A DNA stretch of 64,000 nucleotides, from NCBI RefSeq assembly GCF_009914755.1, contig NC_060926.1, one strand, 5' to 3'. The notes under the pieces are model-generated. The model saw only the letters and a program-made list of their open reading frames with translations, ran no database searches and had not been told where the DNA came from. The stretch comes from the human T2T-CHM13v2.0 reference genome, Homo sapiens. A program made the translations under genes and the position numbers. Each line of letters opens with the position of its first letter. The first letter of the stretch is position 1. Below are positions 55,215-64,000 of the stretch, piece by piece.

Positions 55215-56337
55215 TAGACTTTAGGGCCATATGAAACCTAAGAAGTGACATTCTCCAAGCCCCTGATTTTCTGGTTGGAGAGATTAGAGCGTAGACATTA
55301 CCTGCAGCACAGAGAGCAGTGGGGGACACCCTCCTGTCCCAGCGTTGAGCACCCTGTTCCCCACTGGCTTCGTGTAGCAGAGTGCTAAAGCCATTGACTA
55401 TGCATAAAAGGATCGCTGTTGATGTAGGAACAACAGAGCAAATCGAGTGTCATCTTTATGATGACGCTTAGGGTTTGCAGGTGGGACGCTCTGACCTGTA
55501 GCCACTTGCCTCAGCTCCTCCTTTACTCTGACTGGGTCATCAGAGTGTGTAGTCTCAGTGGTTTCCTTAGTAAGATGTGAGGAGGAAGAGGAGAATTTTC
55601 TCACCTCATCATAATACTGCCCTAATTTATAGCCCTTTTTTGAACTGTGATGCCATTGGGAAGGCAGGATGGACTATAGCAGTTCCATTCTGTGACTCTC
55701 TGGCTGGTGCCATCCTACATGAAGTAGGATGATGTCACGGCAGGAGCACCAGAGTCTCTGGAGATAGAAGTGAGCTGTGGCTTCTGCTGACTGGTAGTGA
55801 CCTTGGGCAGCCCCTGGAGACCTTTCCACTGGAGAGATCCTTGCCTGTAAAATCCACTGGTTCAATCTAGATGATCTCTAAGGGCTCTTCTGGAGTGGGA
55901 TTCTGAGTCAAGGTGAGTTTTTTTTTTTTAGAGATGTACTGCTCTCAGCTTTTGAGATATACATCCAATATATAGTCAAATGCCAGATATACCACATACT
56001 GTTAGAAGGAAGGAAAGCTGTCTCCAAGCTAGAGGCTATGCTTTTTAGAGATGGAACTGAGACTTGTGGGCAGAAAGGAGCCGAGAACAGACTGAGCAGA
56101 ACCAGAGGATGAGTGGGAGAGCTCCCATCACAGAGCCTCACACCAGCCAACGAGGAGAGGACTGGAAGGAAGGGTCTTGCCTTAAGAAGGTGGCAACCAG
56201 GAAAAAAGGCCCTTGAATGTGACTGGGGCCAGATATTGGGGATCTTTGTGTTGAGAGTTTCTGGACATTTTGAGGCAAAAGCTAGATCGTACGAGGGAAT
56301 AAGAGATTCTACAGAAATAAATAAGGGTTAAAGTTTA

Positions 56338-56644
<307 letters not shown>

Positions 56645-57319
56645 CTGAACTAAAGATTCAGTGAGGCCAGAGGGCTAATAATCTTCCATGGAAAGAACCA
56701 CACTAAAGTTAGATGCATTGATCGCAAGTTGACAAGGTGGGTCATGTTTATGTGACTTCTTTCAATAGTCTTCATTGCCTGAGAGCCAGAATAGAAGAAG
56801 GGGATTATACTTTAGGGGTAGAGATTAGTGTCAGCGATTGTGGGGAGAGGAGTCCCCTCTCAAAGAGGACAGTTTGAAGTGTCAAAGTGTAGGGTTCAAG
56901 TTGGGAGAGAAGTCCTGAGCCCCAGGAAGGCTTGTGGCCTGGGCCAAAGAGGAGTGAGAGTGCTGTGAGGTTGGATTGAGTAAAGATCCTGGTTGGAATT
57001 TGAAGAAGTGACAGGTTTCCTATGGGAGTCTTGGGATGGCTGGACTGAAAGAAGCAGGAGGTTCTCAGGACGAGCTGAGCATTAGGAGAAGTGAGAATGC
57101 TGACTTAACCTTTTCCAAGAGAACAGCACATTCAGCTCAGTGCCATGAAGCCAGCATTGGGGAGGAGTGAGAGAGGAAGTGGGCTGACTCATTCCTGGGA
57201 GTAAAATGGGGCTACTTGGGCCAGCTGAAGAGGCTCTTGTTTCTGGGGAGTGGAAGTTGGACCCAGCAAGGAGAACAAGAAAGTCTTAATTGCTTTTCTT
57301 CTTTGTGCACTCTGAATGA

Positions 57320-57716
57320 CCTTATAACAGAATGCCTGAAACTGGTTAATTTATAAAGAGGCTTATTTTGGCTCACAGTTATGGAGACTGGGAAGTCCAA
57401 ATTGGGCAGCCTTAACTTCCATTGAGGACCTCCTGCTGCCTCATCATATGATGAGGTGGAAGGGAGCAGGCATGTGCAAAAGGGGCAAGATAGGAGGAGC
57501 AGCCTTGCTTTATAACATCCCACTCTCATGGCAACTGGTCCAATCCCACGAGAGTGAGAACTCATTCCGGCGAGAATTAACCCAGTCCCAAGAGAGTGGC
57601 ATTAATCTGTCTTAACAACCTAATCACCTCTTAAAGGCCCCACCTCTCAGCACTACCACACTAAGGACCAAATTTCCAACACATGAATTCTGGGGGGATA
57701 CACTCAAACCATAGCA
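57320..57716 (-). mobile_element. MaLR LTR (MSTC/D-like)
   Basis: ggctcacagtt...ctaatcacctcttaaaggccccacctc...cactcaaaccatagca. Confidence 0.75.
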
Positions 57717-57720
57717 AATG

Positions 57721-57773
57721 GTGATGATGATGATGATGATGATCATCATCATCATCATCGTCGTCGTCGTCAC
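57721..57773. repeat. Palindromic compound microsatellite GT(GAT)7(CAT)5(CGT)4CAC
   Basis: Directly visible; perfect 34-bp palindrome at 57726-57759. Confidence 0.95.
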
Positions 57774-58174
57774 TTGGGGGCAGATCTGCCCTTTTGGAGA
57801 GGCTAATTGAAATATTTCAGCTGGAGTAGAATGAGAAGAGTTGAAGGATTATTACAACTTAATGGCAGAAAAGAAAAATAGCTTATTCATTTTGAGATTA
57901 GATGGGGATTTTAATGCTGTTTTGATGGCATTAGTTCCAGAGATGCAGGAATGCCCATGTTTCTTCCCTGAAGTCACACTTGACCTCTTCTGTGAAATTC
58001 AGAGGTAACTGTGCCCAAGGGAAGAGCAGAATAGAAGTTGTCCTGTCACTATGTAAAAAGCTGTGCAAGTGCCCAATCTTCCAGTTCAGAGCCCTCGTAA
58101 ATACTGAGTTTCGAGCATGTCAGATGGACTTCGTAGGTCCTTCTGCTCCTTTCTACCTATTCTTCCCTAACTTC

Positions 58175-58975
<801 letters not shown>

Positions 58976-60048
58976 AAACACAAGCAAGCTAACAATTTTA
59001 AAACTCAAAAGAGAAATAGCTAGGCCTCAGTGTTCCTAGCCAGCCCCATGGAATCAAGAGAGTGCAGCTGATCAATGTACATCAAAAAGCCAGGCCCTAC
59101 CTGGGACTGGCACAGCATGGGGACAGCATGCAGGAGGTGCATGGGACAAATGGCACCTGGGTTTGGGCTTGAGAGGCATAGTGAAAAGACCCACTAGCAG
59201 TCACTTTCCATTTTCTGTTTCTGACTCCAAGCAAGCAGAGCAGCAGTTCTTCTTCCTGGGTGGGACAGGTTAAGAAGACCAGTAAAGGGTCTCTCCCTCG
59301 CCACTTGTAGCTACACTATCTTTCCTGTTCACATTCAGGTGTGTCTTCCTCATGAGGACTGAGATGAAGAGGGGTCAGACTAAAGCACTGTTTGCACGGG
59401 ATTTTTTTAAATAGAATTTGTTATAGCCATATCAGTAAAGCAAGAGTTATGCCAAATGCTCATAGTAGGAGTTTACTTCGACCTCTTTTTTTTTCCCCAC
59501 TCAATACTGCCACCAGTTAAGACTTAGACTTCTCAGGGAAATCCATTTGCTCTGTTAAGGAAATTAATAGTAAATAGAAATATGTTAGCTTATTTTAATA
59601 GATCAATGTTAGTGTCAAGGTTTGTCTGCAAGCAGTGAATGAATAATTATAAATAGCTTTCCTAAAAAGAATTGTTCTGCCTTTGTGTGTGTACTTGGAA
59701 ACATAAAGTCACATTTTAAAAAAATTTATTTTCACGAAACAGACAACATTTTTTTTCTCAGAAAGGAAAATGAGATGATAGCTTTGCTATGCTTAGAAAT
59801 CCTAAAGCTACCTTTCTGGTGGGAATATAAATTGGTTAACCTCTAAGGAGGCAGTCTGGCAGTATATAATTGCAAGTGCATATACCTTTTGATCATTAAT
59901 AAAATTTGTTTCTATAATTTCATTTCCTTAGAGAAAAGGTAAGATAAGAGGGAAACAGCAAAGACTCCCAAGTCTTTGGGATTATTGTGTACTACATTTG
60001 GAAATTAAGTTTTCATTTCTTAAGTAAGTTATTGAAAGAGGGAAGTCC

Positions 60049-60361
<313 letters not shown>

Positions 60362-61581
60362 TTAATCCATCTGTTCTTCCAGGACAGATGATATTGAATA
60401 ATGAAATGTTTGTCAAGCAGAGAGAGGACTGAGGATAATTCAGTCAAAACAAACATTTGGAGCAAAAATTTTGAGGTGTGAAAGAGCCTGGCCTGTTCCC
60501 CAGGAAAGAGGTCAAATCTGGCTAAAGCAGTGAGTCCAGGGGAAGAGCTAAGGCAGTTGAGAAGTAGGAGGGGTAGCTTTGTGTGACAGGTAAAGAAGAT
60601 GTCATTTTCTGAGCCAGTGTGCATCAAACTTCACTACCAGATGAATGCAGAATAGAATTATGTACACTCTGCAAAGCAGCGGGGGAGGAGAGTTAGTCTC
60701 AAGCCTCACTTGTTTTTCCACTTCTTTGTTTTATCTTTGACCTGTGCAAATTTTACATTCTATTCCTGAGTGAATGTTTGGTATGACATGAAAGAGATAT
60801 TTCAAATTACCTAACATTTTATAAATGCAATGCTATTCATACATACTGCTTTGAACCCTGGGGCTATGGCTGTAGGCGGTAAAGAGCCTGTGAAGTATTT
60901 TCAGCAAGGAAAGTCATGTCATTATATTGCCGTACTACAGACGGGTGGAGTGAAGGGGAAAAACTGGAAGGAGGGAACAGCTTTTGCCAGGAGCTCAATA
61001 CAGCTTACCTCAGTGACCTGTGGATGGGTAGACAATGAGGAAATAGAAGCCCACAAGGACTGCACTGCTAGTACCTTATGAAGGCAGGAATTTACTCCTG
61101 GACTTTCTGACCTTAAGGCCTGTACTCTGTCCATATGCTTCCCTGCCTCCAGGAGGCAGAACCAGAAGGCTCTTGCCATAATCCAGGTAAGAAGTAAAGA
61201 GGACCCGACCAGGGCAGAGGTGAGAGGAGAGGCAAGGAGAGAACATTCTAGAGAGATGAAAGAGAATTGAGTGACTTCCCAGATATAGTAGGGAGAAGGA
61301 AAAACAAGGAAAATTCCAGGTCCGTGGCTTGGATGACTGGATGGATGATGTTCATCATTAACCGACTTAGGATACTTCAGAGGAAGAGCAGGTTTAAGGT
61401 GGAGATGGGAAAAGAATGGTGTAGATCCTCTGATTGCATAAGAAAACAAGACAGCAGAAGCAAAGGCATGGCTTGTAATGCCCAAGATAGACATTATGGG
61501 TGGGCCTCAGAGCCCCCGAAGACTGCATTGTAGCAGCCAAAACAGCAAAGAGCTCATCAGGGCTTGGGGACTGTCTTTTAG

Positions 61582-61698
<117 letters not shown>

Positions 61699-61855
61699 TA
61701 AGTGGGGAGAAAAGAATGTATCAGAGACAGAGACCTGGCTCCCAACAGCCAGTTGTTAAAAACAAGTTCAGCATGCAGCCCCCTGTAGGAAGGTTCAGAA
61801 TATACTGGAAATGGTTGGAAATGTCAAGCATTTTCCAACTCAGAAGTTTAATATT

Positions 61856-62135
<280 letters not shown>

Positions 62136-62602
62136 TTAATATTGAATATAATCTTTACATTCCAAGGGCCTTTTTATTAGATTGTATTTCTCCAGCTTTT
62201 TCTTTGTTTCTTAACATTTCCCTAGACTGAACATTGTGATTGATGGTGATAGTTGGCTCAGCATGAAGGGCTGAAAATGTTAGAGAAATTGTCAGTATTA
62301 CTAAGTTGGCATTCCTGGTTTCTGCCTGTCCTCCCTTTAGGCTTGGTTTGTTGTCCACTTAAAATGTTTGGTGCTCTGACTGTTTGTTAGTATCACTCTC
62401 AAGAATGAAGAGAAACCTCAACCTTTCTGTTTCCGGCCAACTTTATTGAATTTGTTTTTTTAAATGCAGTTTACATGCAGTTTCTTTGAAAAGTCATGTT
62501 GAATTTAGATCTGTTCTCTGAGTAAGACTTGGCGAGTATGTGAAACTTGACTCAAGTTACATTTCTTTTTTTCTGTCCCCCAAACGTTCACGCTTCTTAT
62601 AG

Positions 62603-62702
62603 GCTCCACTTTGAGGCTCTGATGAACATTCCAGTGCTGGTGTTGGATGTCAATGATGATTTTTCTGAGGAAGTAACCAAACAAGAAGACCTCATGAGAG
62701 AG
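62603..62702 (+). CDS. DGUOK: DGUOK exon 6 ([17 protein letters not shown]...LMRE)
   Basis: ttatag acceptor, GTGGGA donor; 100 nt. Confidence 0.97.
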
Positions 62703-63166
62703 GTGGGAAGGACTTTAACTCCTGTTTTCTGGTGGTTTCCTTTGTTGTACTTTTATCTTTCTGGCCTTTGCTTCAAAGTTCAATATCATGGGTCTTGTGC
62801 TTTGCATCTCACATTGCATTTCACACTCCAAGGCCTATGGAATCTTGTGCAGATTACAAATATCCCTATTCTCTAAAGTATGCTGGACTAATAATTGTTA
62901 AATAATTGACTTGTAACATGTGCTTGCCAGCTGACTTTCTTCTCTAAGGCATCCTAAAACTAGGGAAATGAGACTACTGGATTCTATTCCCAGCTCTGCC
63001 ACTTGATGCTATATGACCCTGGGCTGCCCACATTTCTTCTCCATGCCTATTATTTTCCTTTCCTCACAAAAACCTCATGGGCTTGGCTGCATATGCATTG
63101 GGGGTGGACCATTGAAAATTCTGTTAAAAATGTGAAATTAAACTTCTGATTTTCTCCTTCCCACAG

Positions 63167-63193
63167 GTAAACACCTTTGTAAAGAATCTGTAA
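63167..63193 (+). CDS. DGUOK: DGUOK exon 7 coding part (VNTFVKNL*)
   Basis: cccacag acceptor; TAA at 63191-63193 brings the CDS to 834 nt. Confidence 0.95.
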   Translation, partial: VNTFVKNL

Positions 63194-63383
63194 CCAATAC
63201 CATGATGTTCAGGCTGTGATCTGGGCTCCCTGACTTTCTGAAGCTAGAAAAATGTTGTGTCTCCCAACCACCTTTCCATCCCCAGCCCCTCTCATCCCTG
63301 GAGCACTCTGCCGCTCAAGAGCTGGTTTGTTAATTATTGTTAGACTTTGCCATTGTTTTCTTTTGTACCTGAAGCATTTTGAA

Positions 63384-63389
63384 AATAAA
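63384..63389 (+). terminator. DGUOK: DGUOK polyadenylation signal AATAAA
   Basis: Canonical hexamer about 190 nt after the stop, upstream TGTA, downstream T/GT-rich tract. Confidence 0.85.
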
Positions 63390-63483
63390 GTTTACTTAAG
63401 TTATGCTTGTTTTTCTAATTCAGTTGCTCATTTATTTCAGCATGTATCTCTTGGTGCTTGCTCTAAATTCACCTCTAGACTAG

Positions 63484-63845
63484 TGTATTAGTCCGTTTTC
63501 ACACTGCTATAAAGATACTACCTGAGGCTGGGTAATTTCTAAAGGAAAGAGGTTTAATCGATTCACAGTTTCGCATGGTGGGGGAGGCCTCAGGAAACTT
63601 ACAATCATGGCAGAGGGGAAACAGGCACATCTCACATGGTGGCAGGTGAATGAGCGAGTGCAAGAAAGAGCAGGGAAACCTGCCTTATAAAACCATTAGA
63701 TCTTTTGAGAGCTCACTGCCATGAGAACAGCATGGGGGAAACTGTCCCGGTGATACAGTCGCCTCCCACCAAGTCTCTCCCTTGACACCTGGGGATTACA
63801 ATTCAAGATGAGATTTGGCTGGGGACACAAAGCCTAACCATATCA
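63484..63845 (-). mobile_element. THE1D/MSTA-like MaLR solo LTR
   Basis: TG...CA termini, perfect 5-bp TSD ACTAG (63479-63483, 63846-63850). Confidence 0.9.
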
Positions 63846-64000
63846 ACTAGCAATTTTCAAATTGCTCCCAGAACTCTAACCCAAGCCCTACCTGCCATGC
63901 ATGAAGAAGGGAAATAAAGTGGCTCAAGAGTGGGTGGGATCTTAAATGTGAGCCCCCCAGAGCAGGAAATGGAGCATGAACTCCAGGAAGCTTCTTTATC

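Noticed and set aside
60922-61533. 190-aa minus-strand ORF in DGUOK intron 4
   Set aside because: Lies largely in decayed L2/MIR-like sequence; no protein motif.
63206-63206. T at DGUOK 3'UTR position *13, which I recall as A in the reference mRNA
   Set aside because: Probably a common benign polymorphism; cannot be verified without a database.

Overview
Primate (human-like) genomic DNA, not prokaryotic, matching the ACTG2-DGUOK locus (human 2p13 from prior knowledge). Two intact protein-coding genes lie in tandem on the + strand. ACTG2 (enteric/gamma smooth-muscle actin) has 8 coding exons from 5805 to 24037, a 1131-nt CDS of 376 aa; its non-coding first exon and promoter lie upstream of the window. 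DGUOK (mitochondrial deoxyguanosine kinase) has 7 exons from 31378 to 63193, an 834-nt CDS of 277 aa, with a TATA-less CpG-island promoter carrying tandem ETS/GABP sites. All splice junctions are GT-AG and exon phases add up. The rest is mostly interspersed repeats: more than 40 Alu elements or fragments, L1, L2, MIR, MaLR/ERV LTRs and Tigger3/MER DNA transposons; subfamily calls are by eye. Most ORFs in the supplied track are repeat or GC artefacts. I found no evidence of a new multi-gene system. The most notable observations are small-scale: (1) a 73-bp templated copy of ACTG2 intron-3 sequence pasted into an antisense Alu in intron 5, supplying a branch point and acceptor for a possible 87-nt in-frame cryptic exon; (2) a tailless U2 snRNA (nt 1-35) retrocopy with 16-bp target-site duplications inside an Alu in DGUOK intron 2; (3) an ancient two-segment template-switch insertion between inverted L2 copies; (4) a young AluYa5-like insertion; (5) a palindromic (GAT)n(CAT)n(CGT)n microsatellite; (6) a MER53 carrying a miR-1302-like seed.
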